A stretch of 56,662 bases of DNA from a virus (lineage: Duplodnaviria > Caudoviricetes). Made by a program: the position numbers and the translations under genes. The notes under the pieces were generated by a model. That model did not search any database, was not told the origin of the DNA, and saw only the letters and a list, made by a program, of their open reading frames with translations. Positions 25,554-36,800 of this stretch are shown piece by piece. The DNA lies in IMG/VR virus record IMGVR_UViG_3300037634_002773, positions 1 to 56,662 of that record. One strand, 5' to 3'. Positions within the stretch are counted from its first letter, which is position 1, and each line of letters opens with the position of its first letter.

Positions 25554-25805
25554 ATGGACATTTTTGGCATAATAGAGACTCTGGGAATACCAGTTGCAGT
25601 AGCTATCGGCCTTGGGTATGCGCTAATGTATCTAATCAAGTTTATTACCAAAGACGTAACTGCGGACATAAAAAATCTATACAATATTGTAGTGAAACTG
25701 ATAGATAGCAATAGAGAAGCTAAGGACGAGGTGAAGAAGACGATGACTGGCATGAATGTGATAAAGGATATAATGATAAAGTTATTTAGAAATGGGAAAA
25801 AATGA
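25554..25805 (+). CDS. Membrane protein, holin-like
   Basis: N-terminal TM IIETLGIPVAVAIGLGYALMYLI followed by a coiled coil. Confidence 0.65.
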   Translation: MDIFGIIETLGIPVAVAIGLGYALMYLIKFITKDVTADIKNLYNIVVKLIDSNREAKDEVKKTMTGMNVIKDIMIKLFRNGKK

Positions 25806-25953
25806 CTTACTTAAGAGAATTGAAAAATTAGAAAAAGACTCACACCCGCCTGTATCTTGGAAAGGCAAGATAGAGAGTATTATTAAGAGGGTGGATGAAC
25901 TTACTAGGTTATATGGTGAAATTATCACCAATTTGATGAAACAAAGGAAGTAG
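25792..25953 (+). CDS. Small protein, 53 aa
   Basis: MGKNDLLKRIEKLEKDSHPP...MKQRK*; fills the gap in the operon. Confidence 0.55.
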   Translation: MGKNDLLKRIEKLEKDSHPPVSWKGKIESIIKRVDELTRLYGEIITNLMKQRK

Positions 25954-25995
25954 AAGTTTTAAAAACAATTAATAAATTACTATAAGGAGAAAATC

Positions 25996-26139
25996 ATGGA
26001 TTTTTTAATGAATAACTGGGAATACGTTGTAATAGCAATAATGGCAATCGACAAGGCAGTTGCACTTTCACCGTCTGAGTGGGATGACCTCATTTGGACA
26101 TCAATCAAAAAATCACTCTATAAAATAGTGGGGAAATGA
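25996..26139 (+). CDS. Small membrane-associated protein, 47 aa
   Basis: AAGGAG SD; MDFLMNNWEYVVIAIMAIDKAVALSPSEWDDLIW... Confidence 0.7.
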   Translation: MDFLMNNWEYVVIAIMAIDKAVALSPSEWDDLIWTSIKKSLYKIVGK

Positions 26140-26295
26140 ATGTTAAAAATAGCAATAGCTAAGTATGTAAAGAAGCACGGTCTTATTCCAATCTTAATGA
26201 AAGTTGGCGATATTGCCGTTAAGGTTACAAAAAGTAAGAAGGACGACGAAGCATGGGCAAAAGTTAAGAAGGTTCTTAATGACTTAAATGCCTAA
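26140..26295 (+). CDS. Small protein, 51 aa
   Basis: Abuts the previous gene; TKSKKDDEAW parallels SPSEWDDLIW of 25996. Confidence 0.65.
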   Translation: MLKIAIAKYVKKHGLIPILMKVGDIAVKVTKSKKDDEAWAKVKKVLNDLNA

Positions 26296-28870
26296 GCAAA
26301 CCTTCACAATAAACGATTTCAGCGGTGGTGTTAACGGATACGTCGATCCGTTCGACATCGCTGATAATGAATTATCTCAATGTCAAGGCTTTAAGCCTGA
26401 ACCTGGCACAGTAATTGTGCTCGGTGATATGAAAGGGGCATATACTCCATCTGCGGCAAATGGGTCTGATCAAATAACGATAGAATCTGGCTATGGTATA
26501 TTCTCTTTTTCGCATGATTATGATAAAGATGGCGATCTCAATACAACAAATTATCTAGTATTGATGGATGGAGTTACATTTGATACCTATGATGATGATG
26601 GTGATGCATGGATAACGGGAACTACTGCTCCAGCATTCAATCTAGGAACAGTAGCCTCAGATGCATCATTTGCAGGCAGTGTTAAGCCATGCTTTTTTAT
26701 AGCAGATGGAGCACTTCGTGTTTCTCCAGGGAATTTTACAGCTAATGATAATGGAGAACAAACAGATGAGGTAATAGCTCCTAAGACAGTTTATGGTGAC
26801 TACCATACTATTACTACAGACGCGGGGACTGCCTCAGGTTATATGACTGCTGGGGATACTATTGTAATATCAGGGCAGGAAATGATCGTCCTTCGGGTTG
26901 TAGACGCAGGTGGTGACGATACGATACACGTTGCAAGAAATATGACTGGTACATTTACATCTGGATTGCCTGACAATCAAACTGTTTATTCTGTGCTGGA
27001 AACTAGATGGCGTGGAGTGGTAATACGTAGAAATTTTGCCGCCCTAACAACAACAGGAACATTTATAAGCTGGTATTCTACATATTCCAATCCAAGACCT
27101 CCAGTATTACATAATGCTGCTATTGATCACGGTAATGTTACTGATCATACGATATGGCCATTTTTAGTTGCGTGGCATAATGAAGGTGCTACTGCACCTA
27201 ATGATGGCGGAGAGGCTGGAGTGGTAAATGTTGGCTGGTATGAGGCAACCTCGAATGATGATGCAACATGGGATGGTGCTACTGTAAATCTTTATATAAC
27301 TGCATTGTATGATGATGTAAAGCAAGAGTCTCAGCCCCATAAGTATACTTCAACTTTAACAATACCAGCTGCAACACAACTCGCTGTATGGATTGGTGTT
27401 GAATATGATGACGATGCCGAAGGTGGCTATAGGCTCAATAAGCGCGTTACTGGTGCTAGGCTTTATTATGAAGATACCACTAATGATCCAGGTATATTAT
27501 TTCAACTTCTTGAGATAGATTTTGAGCAGGGCTGTAAGAAAGCAGATGCAGAAAGCTTTACATCTTGGGTGGAAAGTGTTGAAGACATATCCGTATCATG
27601 TCCGCATGATGCTGGGAAAGCGCCTGCCTCAAGAATAGATAATTCAGGGACTCTTCAAGCTTTTATATTCCCAGATCCACCAAAGGCATTTTCATATGAA
27701 CTAAATAATGGGTATCCTCCTAATGTAAATACTCATGCCAGATATAAGACGGCAGTCGTATCTAACAGGCGCTTGTTTGTTGCGAATGTATATCAAAGTG
27801 GTAAGGCAGATGGAGACCGTATGATATCTTCACCAGTTAATAAGTTTGATATATTACCAGAATATGGTGATTATATTATTGATGTGACAAAAGGAGATGG
27901 GGACGAGATAGTTAAGCTTGAGGCTTATGCAGATAGAATACTGCAATTTAAAAAGAGAACATTATATATTATCAATGCTGGTGGCGGTCTTGGTGATGAG
28001 TTTTTAGAGTCTCAACATAAAAATATGGGCGTAGAAAATCCATCTCAAACATGCATGACAGAATATGGAGTGGCTTGGGTTAATTCACATGGCGTATTCT
28101 TATACGATGGCCAAGAAATAACAGACCTTACATTAAATAAACTGCAGATGACTAATACAGCAGCGCCACATAGACCTCGCGCGCTCAATATTATAGAGTC
28201 TGATATACCCACTATTGGATACCATCCAGATAATAAATGGCTTATAGTTAATGTAGCATCTAATATATCGTCTTCTTTTGAGGCAGAAGCATGGATACAT
28301 GACTTTAAAAATGGTTCTTGGACATACTCTCAAGAGTTTAGCGCTGATGCAGACTATAAGACTAATATGATTTGGACTCCAGATAATAATTTGGTATTTG
28401 CTGCTGGCACAAACTCCTCAAATACTCCAGATTTTTTTAAATATCGATATTCATCAGCAAATGTTACTTCTGGCAACTTATTATTGTTAACAAAAGATTT
28501 TAATTTAGGCGCTCCAGGCGTTAAAAAGAAACTACGCAGTGTGTATGTAACTTATGCAGCAGCTGCCAATACTAAGATAGAAGCAGATATTCAATATAGG
28601 CATGTAACTGGTGTAACATTTACTGAGGAAAGTTTAGTAGAAGCAAATAGTGGATCTACTTATTATACTAATGCAAATGGATTCCTAAGCACAGGAGGAT
28701 CATTGGCATCTCCAAATATAAGGACTGTAGAATTAGTTCCAACCACTCCAGTGAGTAATGCATATTCATTTAAGTTAAAACTACATGCTCCAGATGCAGA
28801 CTATGTGTATACTTCATATTTTCAACTATATAATATATCATTCGTATATAGACCCCTGGGGGTTAGATAA
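26288..28870 (+). CDS. Tail nozzle/stabilisation protein (P22 gp10 / T7 gp12-like)
   Basis: N-terminal FTINDFSGGVN, beta-propeller-like repeats, C-terminal TKDFNLGAPGVKKK. Confidence 0.75.
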   Translation: MPKQTFTINDFSGGVNGYVDPFDIADNELSQCQGFKPEPGTVIVLGDMKGAYTPSAANGSDQITIESGYGIFSFSHDYDKDGDLNTTNYLVLMDGVTFDTYDDDGDAWITGTTAPAFNLGTVASDASFAGSVKPCFFIADGALRVSPGNFTANDNGEQTDEVIAPKTVYGDYHTITTDAGTASGYMTAGDTIVISGQEMIVLRVVDAGGDDTIHVARNMTGTFTSGLPDNQTVYSVLETRWRGVVIRRNFAALTTTGTFISWYSTYSNPRPPVLHNAAIDHGNVTDHTIWPFLVAWHNEGATAPNDGGEAGVVNVGWYEATSNDDATWDGATVNLYITALYDDVKQESQPHKYTSTLTIPAATQLAVWIGVEYDDDAEGGYRLNKRVTGARLYYEDTTNDPGILFQLLEIDFEQGCKKADAESFTSWVESVEDISVSCPHDAGKAPASRIDNSGTLQAFIFPDPPKAFSYELNNGYPPNVNTHARYKTAVVSNRRLFVANVYQSGKADGDRMISSPVNKFDILPEYGDYIIDVTKGDGDEIVKLEAYADRILQFKKRTLYIINAGGGLGDEFLESQHKNMGVENPSQTCMTEYGVAWVNSHGVFLYDGQEITDLTLNKLQMTNTAAPHRPRALNIIESDIPTIGYHPDNKWLIVNVASNISSSFEAEAWIHDFKNGSWTYSQEFSADADYKTNMIWTPDNNLVFAAGTNSSNTPDFFKYRYSSANVTSGNLLLLTKDFNLGAPGVKKKLRSVYVTYAAAANTKIEADIQYRHVTGVTFTEESLVEANSGSTYYTNANGFLSTGGSLASPNIRTVELVPTTPVSNAYSFKLKLHAPDADYVYTSYFQLYNISFVYRPLGVR

Positions 28871-29499
28871 TGGGTAAATTTGCAAGCTCAGGAGTGGTTG
28901 TTGGTCAGACAAGATCATCTAACAGGGAGCAAAGGCTCCAGCATCTAAAGGGCACCAAGGTAACAATGGGCTCTAATTCTCCAAGAAGTGGAGAGGGGAC
29001 TATTGGAGACATAACGATTAGAACTATTGGAAATAAAGGCTTCAGAGCTTATGTGAAGACGGCCAGTGGTTGGGTTGACCTTAACTCAATGGTAGCGCCA
29101 GATATTATAGAATGGAGAGATATGATCTTAGCAGCCAATATATCTCACGATACTGATGGTATAATTCCTCAATATACTAGGGATCCAAATGGATTTGTTC
29201 ATTTGCGTGGTCTTTTTGATAATAGCAGTACCGTGACTAATACTATAACAACATTGCCCCCTGGTTTTAGGCCAGCAAAAACTGTTTATGTCCCAGGGGT
29301 TCATGCAAATTCAACTGGCGGAAATGTTGTTTACAGAATTACAAATGAAGGTGTGATAAATGCTATTAGCGGTGCACACGCAAATAAAACTTCATTAGAT
29401 GGAGTATCATTCTTTGCATGGCAGGATACATCGTCTAGTGGCGGTGGTAGTGGTGGACATGTTTTAGACCCAGGATCAGGTGGAGACGCACCAGGCTAA
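28870..29499 (+). CDS. Tail-associated protein
   Basis: GFVHLRG...TLPPGFRP motif of fibre-tip domains. Confidence 0.7.
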   Translation: MGKFASSGVVVGQTRSSNREQRLQHLKGTKVTMGSNSPRSGEGTIGDITIRTIGNKGFRAYVKTASGWVDLNSMVAPDIIEWRDMILAANISHDTDGIIPQYTRDPNGFVHLRGLFDNSSTVTNTITTLPPGFRPAKTVYVPGVHANSTGGNVVYRITNEGVINAISGAHANKTSLDGVSFFAWQDTSSSGGGSGGHVLDPGSGGDAPG

Positions 29500-29515
29500 A
29501 TAGAGGAAATAAATT

Positions 29516-30826
29516 ATGACAAATGAACAGATAGCAAGAATTTATAGTATTAAGATGCAAAATCTTATGAATAAGAATGCTCGACGCGAGCAAGAGCAAG
29601 ATGATGCAGATAGGGCGGCATTTCAAAAGAAGCAGAAACTTTATGGAGATATATCTGCTGGCCTTTCAATTGCAGGCATGGGTAAAGATTTATACGAATG
29701 GAGACAGGGGAAGCTTTTAGATATTAAATATAAAGAGGATGAGAATATTTTAGGAGGACTTAAGTCATTTAAAAAATATAAACCTAAAGAAGACAGATCA
29801 TTTAAAGAAGTAATAGGAGATATTGGTACAGGCGAGAATATAAAAAGATTAACCCCTAAAGGCTCACTAGAAGAAACAGAAGGCTATAAGGAGTTTAAAG
29901 CATCAGAGATATCATTAACTGAGGAAATGATTGAGGTGGATGATTTGCCTTCGCCTGCGCCACAGCCAGATTATGCTAAAATACAAGGTGCAGCTGAAGA
30001 TCAGAAATTGCAAGCCTTAAGGGAACTAGAAACCACTCCAGGCATTACTCCAGAAGTGTCAGCCGATCCAAAATTAGAAAAAGCATTAGGAGGCCTAGAA
30101 AAATTAAAAGCTCCAAAGGTTAAAGGCTCAGACGAAGTGCTACCAGAACAGCTTAGAGCAAGCGCTGGTATGTCAGATATGCCTGATGTAGAGGCTCCAG
30201 ATGCTAAGCCAGGCGGTAAATATGTAGGAAAAGCATTAGAAGCTCTTCAAACATTAAAAACTATGCAAGGTATTGGAGAAACATTAACAAGTGAAGAGGC
30301 TAGCGGTGCAGACAAGGCAATAGCGGGCACTCAAGCCACTAAAATGTTGGCAGATATGGCGGCAAAAAGAGCTGGTCAAGAGACTGCATCCCAGATAGGC
30401 AGTAAGGCCGCTACTCAATTTATAAAAGGAAAAGGCCTCCAAGAGGGTGTTAAGCTTGGCGGTAAGCAAGCAGTTGGTGCAGTAGCTGGTGGTGCTATAG
30501 GTGCATATACAGCTGTGACTGAGGCTAAAGAGACTGGCGAATCTTGGAAGGAAAAAGATTATGATGAGGCTATTCTTCATGGTATGGGTTCTGCCTCTGG
30601 AGTGCTTCAAACAGCTGGAACTGGTATGATGTTGACAGGGGTAGGTTCTCCAATAGGAGCGGTACTATATGGGATCGGAACAGCTGGCTCAGCTATATCT
30701 AGCGCTGGGTTAATGTTGGAAGGCTTGTTTGGCGGTGGTGGAGAGCCTGATAAACCAAAAAAACCAAAGTTTAATGCTGCCAAGTATTTGCAGTCAATTA
30801 GAGGTCAAAGAAGTTATGGGAGATAG
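29516..30826 (+). CDS. Probable ejection (internal virion) protein
   Basis: Position after the nozzle; Gly/Ala-rich hydrophobic C-terminus. Confidence 0.6.
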   Translation: MTNEQIARIYSIKMQNLMNKNARREQEQDDADRAAFQKKQKLYGDISAGLSIAGMGKDLYEWRQGKLLDIKYKEDENILGGLKSFKKYKPKEDRSFKEVIGDIGTGENIKRLTPKGSLEETEGYKEFKASEISLTEEMIEVDDLPSPAPQPDYAKIQGAAEDQKLQALRELETTPGITPEVSADPKLEKALGGLEKLKAPKVKGSDEVLPEQLRASAGMSDMPDVEAPDAKPGGKYVGKALEALQTLKTMQGIGETLTSEEASGADKAIAGTQATKMLADMAAKRAGQETASQIGSKAATQFIKGKGLQEGVKLGGKQAVGAVAGGAIGAYTAVTEAKETGESWKEKDYDEAILHGMGSASGVLQTAGTGMMLTGVGSPIGAVLYGIGTAGSAISSAGLMLEGLFGGGGEPDKPKKPKFNAAKYLQSIRGQRSYGR

Positions 30827-30829
30827 ATT

Positions 30830-32506
30830 ATGAGAATATATACAGAAGTCAATTTTCAGTGGGATGATAAGAAGGGCAAATTAGTCGAAGTATCTTCTGA
30901 GTCTTTTGATTATAGTGGTGAGATGGCGCTGTGTAAATGGTCAAATGACTGGGGAGATCATTTATGGGATGATGCTGGATATGAATATAAACAAGATGTT
31001 GAAGAGCATGCTGGCTGGACGGGAAATATAAGAACCGCAAAATTATACAGAAGAAAAGCTGGCGGGGAATGGGTACGGTATGGTAGTACGCAAACAGAGA
31101 ATCTAGATGATAGTAATGCACGCGCGCGCTTCAAAAGGCTCGTTAGTGAGGCAAGCACTATATCTGGGGATGCTCATGCAGATAAAATGGCTTGGCAATC
31201 TTGGTGGGGAGGGCACTTTAATGGTAATGATCCTTTTGATGATCCTACTACAAATCAAAATTATTTAAATGAAAAAGAAAATCCAACGGGTAACCTAGCA
31301 TATACATATACCTCGGAAGATGAAGGCTTGTCTGAGGGAGACTATGGCGCACTTAGCGATGAAGAAAAAGATCTGTATCTTAAAGATGAGGAATCAGGCA
31401 CATGGCTTAAAAAAGATGAGACATATTGGTCGGACGAAGAGAGTAAGAGTTACGAAACACGATTAGCCGAACAGGCCCTAGAAGGTTACATAGAAAACTG
31501 GGAAGAAATAACTGGGACTGAGATAAATGATTATCAACGTGACGTAATAGCTGCCACACAGGTTCTTGAATCTGCCGAAGGCGATGTAACGTCTGCGTTT
31601 GAAGAATACGAAAAACAAATTGGCAGAGCTGGAACAGAATACGAAGAAGATGTAGAGGCATTGACAGGCGAGCAGGTTATTGATCCTATAACGGGAGAAG
31701 TAATTAGTGAGGGAACCTTTACGGCTGGTATGCGCACGGCACTAAAGGAAAAAGAAGAGGGCCTGGAGACAACAGTCACAACGAGGGAAGCAGGGTTAGA
31801 AGCTTTAAGAGAAGAGGCGGGGGGAGAAATTAGAGCAGCTGAGGCCAAAATAGGAGCGGCTGGATTTGCCTCAACTGGAGTTGGTCAAACAGCTAGAGAT
31901 GTATTAGCAGAAGAAATTGGTGAAGCGGCAAGAGATATTGATGAGGTCTTTACTGAGGGCAGAGAAGATATAACAGAGGGCTATGAAGAGACAAAGACAG
32001 AGCTGACAATAGGCAAAGAAGGGCTTCTTGGTGATTATTTGAAAACACGCGAAGAGGCTGGTGAAGATTTAGATGATCCATGGGAAGCAAAAACAACGGA
32101 CTATCAGGAATTATTGAAATCCTATGGGATTGGGGAAGATGCAGTTTTAGCACCATATGCAGATATTACGTCAGAGGCTGAGGGGGCATTAAGCACGATT
32201 CAGTTCAATATTCAGTCGCTTATCGAAAACACAAAAGGCATAGAGGGAATGGAATCATGGGATCCCTTTACAGAAGCTGGGGGATATGAAGATAGGGCCG
32301 ATGAGCTGGGATTTGTAGCAGGATCAACCGTATACGATACATCGGCTGTTAAAGGGGCATTTCAGGCATCAATAGATGAATATGGGTATGAACCTACCGA
32401 GGGACTAGAACTATATAATCCAAATATGAAAATGCCATGGGAAACAGGTGGCGGAAGCAAGCCTAAAGACCCATACAAACCATACATACCAGGCGGACAA
32501 AGATAA
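30830..32506 (+). CDS. Probable ejection protein, very acidic
   Basis: Position; distinct N-terminal module MRIYTEV...FDYSGEMALC. Confidence 0.6.
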   Translation: MRIYTEVNFQWDDKKGKLVEVSSESFDYSGEMALCKWSNDWGDHLWDDAGYEYKQDVEEHAGWTGNIRTAKLYRRKAGGEWVRYGSTQTENLDDSNARARFKRLVSEASTISGDAHADKMAWQSWWGGHFNGNDPFDDPTTNQNYLNEKENPTGNLAYTYTSEDEGLSEGDYGALSDEEKDLYLKDEESGTWLKKDETYWSDEESKSYETRLAEQALEGYIENWEEITGTEINDYQRDVIAATQVLESAEGDVTSAFEEYEKQIGRAGTEYEEDVEALTGEQVIDPITGEVISEGTFTAGMRTALKEKEEGLETTVTTREAGLEALREEAGGEIRAAEAKIGAAGFASTGVGQTARDVLAEEIGEAARDIDEVFTEGREDITEGYEETKTELTIGKEGLLGDYLKTREEAGEDLDDPWEAKTTDYQELLKSYGIGEDAVLAPYADITSEAEGALSTIQFNIQSLIENTKGIEGMESWDPFTEAGGYEDRADELGFVAGSTVYDTSAVKGAFQASIDEYGYEPTEGLELYNPNMKMPWETGGGSKPKDPYKPYIPGGQR

Positions 32507-32517
32507 AGGAATAAATT

Positions 32518-33855
32518 ATGGCAGGAAGATATCCAGATTATGATTGGCGAGGAATAGCAATGTTAACCCAACAGCTCGGACAACTGTTTGAGCCGAGTAA
32601 GGCCAAGATGATGTCTCAACAACAAGACCATGAAATGAACATGTTAATGGCTAAGCAGTCCTGGAAAATGCAGTCAGATGACTTGGACGCATTAAAGTTA
32701 AAGCGTAAAGGGCTATTAGTCCAATTAGACGCTCAGACTACGGCCGTTAATGAGCTCGGACTTAGAGATCTAGTTAACGCTGGCAAAAGCGACGGTGCTA
32801 ATGTGGGAGAGGCTGCAGAAATGTTTGAAAAGAATGATATTAGAAAACTAAGCGATATACAAGATGCGGATAGTATGCATCGTGATGCGATAAGGGAACT
32901 GGAAAATAATCTTTCTTACATGAAGACGCTGAACGAGGAAGCTAAGATAGGTCAAGCATGGCGTAAAGGCTCTATGACTAAAAAGGATCAAAAGGGTGCT
33001 ATGATAGACTATTACGAAGCCGCTAATCAGGATAAGATAGCGGGACTCTCCTACGAAGAGGGTCAGAACGCAATCAAGAAATATATAACTGACAACTATT
33101 CAGTTGCTGAAGGCGAACAAGGAATGGAAATGGATTTCGGCACAGGAGGCAAGCCAGATATTATAATGGTCAGACCAGAGGCTATCGCATTTAAATCAGG
33201 ATGGGACTCTGGAACTGGTACTGGTACTGGCAGGGGTAAGGCTGAAAAAGGAGAAATATCAGATAGGCAATCAATTAAAGATGCTCAAAATAATTTATTA
33301 GGCGGCAAGACTCACTTGAAAATGACAAATGAAGAGTTAATCAAATCTGTCGTGTATAATAAGGATCTATACGAAGGCATAGACAATAGAATGAAGGGTT
33401 CAGAGTACCCATTAGGATTATCTATGGAGCTGGCAGGAACGGGAGATTTTCTCGCAACAGAAGTTGCCTATCAGCAGGGGACGGAATATGGTATAGATAG
33501 ATCTACTATACATCAATATTCAGCCGCTTATACTAACTATAATCAGGGCATGAAAGAAATGCTAAAAAGGCAAATATCGCTACCAGGAAAAGTAACTCAG
33601 ACAAGTGGAATATTAACTCAAATGCAGGTTCCTAATGATCAGGCAATACAGATAATGCAAGACTTTAATACTTATAATTCAAACCCAGATACTTTGTTAA
33701 CGCAGATTAATACTTATGAGCCGTCAGACGCAACAGGTGCGCCTAAAGAGCAGCTCCATCAAGCCTATATTGACTTTTTAAAGCAATTGCCAACTATGGA
33801 TCCGCAGAAGAGGCGGGAAGGTATACAGCAATTTACTAATATACTGAGCAGATAA
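32518..33855 (+). CDS. Probable ejection protein
   Basis: SD; helical; coupled to the giant protein. Confidence 0.6.
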   Translation: MAGRYPDYDWRGIAMLTQQLGQLFEPSKAKMMSQQQDHEMNMLMAKQSWKMQSDDLDALKLKRKGLLVQLDAQTTAVNELGLRDLVNAGKSDGANVGEAAEMFEKNDIRKLSDIQDADSMHRDAIRELENNLSYMKTLNEEAKIGQAWRKGSMTKKDQKGAMIDYYEAANQDKIAGLSYEEGQNAIKKYITDNYSVAEGEQGMEMDFGTGGKPDIIMVRPEAIAFKSGWDSGTGTGTGRGKAEKGEISDRQSIKDAQNNLLGGKTHLKMTNEELIKSVVYNKDLYEGIDNRMKGSEYPLGLSMELAGTGDFLATEVAYQQGTEYGIDRSTIHQYSAAYTNYNQGMKEMLKRQISLPGKVTQTSGILTQMQVPNDQAIQIMQDFNTYNSNPDTLLTQINTYEPSDATGAPKEQLHQAYIDFLKQLPTMDPQKRREGIQQFTNILSR

Positions 33856-36800
33856 TGTCGTACGAAGATTTTTTAAACCAATATAGCCCACAGACAGAGG
33901 TCGATACTTTAAGCCCTTTTGATCAGTTTTTAATTGATCAACAATTAAGGGAGCAGAAAGAAAAAGAAGAACGTCTACGCCTGGAAGAAGAAAATAGAAT
34001 TAAAGAGGCTGAGCGTAAAGCTGCGGAAGTAGAGGCTGCTCGTGTTCCTGAAAACCCTACATTTGACGAAGTCGAAAAATATATGATATTTGCCGAGTCA
34101 AGCGGGAATAAAGATTCTGTCAAAGTTAATGATGATGAGACTATGGATGTGTCACTTCATGGAATAAATGAGCGTTGGATCAATCAATTCCCAACATCAG
34201 GGAAAAAAGACCCTAAAAACAATGGAATAAAGCCATGGAATGAGCAAAAAGATGGCACATTAGACCCTGTCTACGCAATGGTACATAATTATATGCGAGA
34301 GCAAATTCCAACCTGGGATAGTGTAAGCGACTCAAGCAGGCTTGAGATAGTTAAAGATGAAGTATATTCTCGGCCTATAGCAAAATTTATACATGACTAT
34401 AGGGGGCCAAAGCAATGGTCTTCGTATAATAGATTTATGGAGGCCTATCAGACCGATCTTAGAAGCCAATCCGTAGACAGTCTAGCGACAGGGGCATTAC
34501 AGGGGAATAATCCAACCTTAGATGACATAGCTAGTAAAATTAATCTTGATACCACTGCTGTTGCTGAATCCTCTGGAATAGCTCCTATTGATGTTCGTTC
34601 CGAAGATGAAAAGTGGGAGGATAGAATAGCTGAGGCTCAAAGGGAGAAAACATTCTTTGACGCAGTTTCTAAGTATGCAAACGACCCAGTCAGACTGGTT
34701 CCATTCTTAAATACCTCAAGCGATGTAAAAGAAATAATAGATATTACAAGTATAATGGGGCGTGTAGATAAGGCCACAGAGGACGGTATAGAGCCAAGCC
34801 GAGAAGATATGCTAAAGCTGTATGAGTATCAGCAGGCAAATCAGTCTGAAAAAAGCTTTGGATATAAAGTAGGAACTGTGCTTGGTGAGCTTCCAGCGTT
34901 TGCTGGTGAGATTGGACTTACTGGTGGAGTATATAGTGCTGGTAAAAAGGCTACCCTCACGGCAGGTAAGGTAATGATTAAGAAAGCGCTTGGTAAAGAG
35001 GCTAGAGATAAGACCGCTAAATATCTAGCGAAGCATAAAATGTTAGATGGAACATTAAAATTTGGGGCTAAATCAGCTGCTGCCATAGCTGGCGCGACAA
35101 TGCAGACAACTTTTAATGAAGGAATAAAGGAAGTTGGGGCTTGGGCAACAGATGATTTCCTTCCAGGCGGACGTATTCGCCTCGGCATGAAAGAGCATAT
35201 GATGGGTACTTTGCCTATAACTATGGAGGAAAGCGGAGAACTAGAGGCTGCTGTATTTACCGAGGGTGACGACTTTAACGAAGCATTCGCCAAGTCTGCA
35301 ACTGATCTATGGATAGAGATGGTGTCAGAGCGTAGTGGTGGAGCGTTTCCAAAAATAGGCTCAGTGGCTAGAAAGTGGGCAATCAAGCAGGGAATCTTAA
35401 AGAATTTTCTTAAATTAAACCCAACGAAAAAAGCAAAAGATTTTAATAAACTTCTTGATCGTGTTGGTTGGAATGGTATGCTTGGCGAGATGGCTGAAGA
35501 AAGAATTGGCGAAGTAGGCAGGGGCATTGCCTATGAGGTGGGTATTGAGGATGAGGGCTTTAAGTATAAACTGCCAACTATGGAGCAGTTGGCTGTTGAG
35601 GTAGTAGCGTTCTCAATTCCAGGTGTAGGAATAGCTATGACCCAAGGCCTTTTTGGTAAAACTGGGGAAAATAAAGATCCAATTGTAGAGTTTGATTTAA
35701 ACGATCCAGCTGAGGTCAAGAAGGCTATCAAGGCTCAAGGGCTTACAGTTGAGGTGGTAGAGAATGAGGGCGCTTGGGATGTTAATACATATATTGGAGA
35801 GACATTAATAGATCAGTCTACTGGCCATGAAGATAAAAAGAACGCAGATGCGGTAGCTGAAAGCATGGAGAAAGATCTATCTCACTTTGCTAATGCTAAA
35901 GAAGTAGAGTTTGAGGGTGAGCGTCCACCAATAATGGAAGAAGAAGGAACTACTGTTGAGGCAAAGCCATGGTTCCAAGAAAAGGCTGAAGAGGGCAGGG
36001 CAATGGTTAAGGCCGCTGAAGACATGGCTGGAGCCGTTCCAACCTCAGAACAGATAACAGAAAGCCTTGAGCAGGTATACGGTGAAGAAGCGGTTACAGG
36101 AGAGGCTCCCGTTAAGCCAGTTGTTGAGGAGAAACAAGATTACAATAAGATGGTTATTAAGGATCTCAAGTCTGAGCTCAAAACTAGAGATCTATCTCGT
36201 GCAGGCAAGAAAGCTGACTTAGTTGCTAGACTACAAGAGGCAGACAAAGAAGTTGCTCCAGTAGTAGAGCCAGTTGTCGAGGAGGAAGCTCCAAAGATAG
36301 TAAATGATATAAAATATACTACATTATCACTCCCTGAAGGTAAGGTTGTCATTGGTGAATATGCAAAAGATATGGCTGGTAAAAAGAAGGGTGATACATT
36401 TATAGATGAGATAAAAGTAGATAAGGATAAAAGAGAAAGGGGTATAGGAAGTAGACTTCTTCAGTCGGCATTGGAAAAACATCCAAATATAACAGGTCAA
36501 GCATCTAATGATGCTGCTGTTAAGATGAATTATAAGCTCGGAATGAGAGCGTTTGATTCTAAAGGTAATGCATTAACATTAGAGCAAACACTACAGAAAC
36601 GTAAAGAACAGACTTCTGTGGGCATGCGACTTACTGAAGAAACTGCCCCAGTAACAGAAGAAGCTCCAGTAGCTCCAGACATAAAACAACAAGACCTTGA
36701 TACTAGAGTAAATACTGAATTAACTGAAGATGAGAGCACTCAAGTATATCTAGACGATATACGTAATGGTAAGACTGGCAAGCCATTAGCTTGGGTTAAA

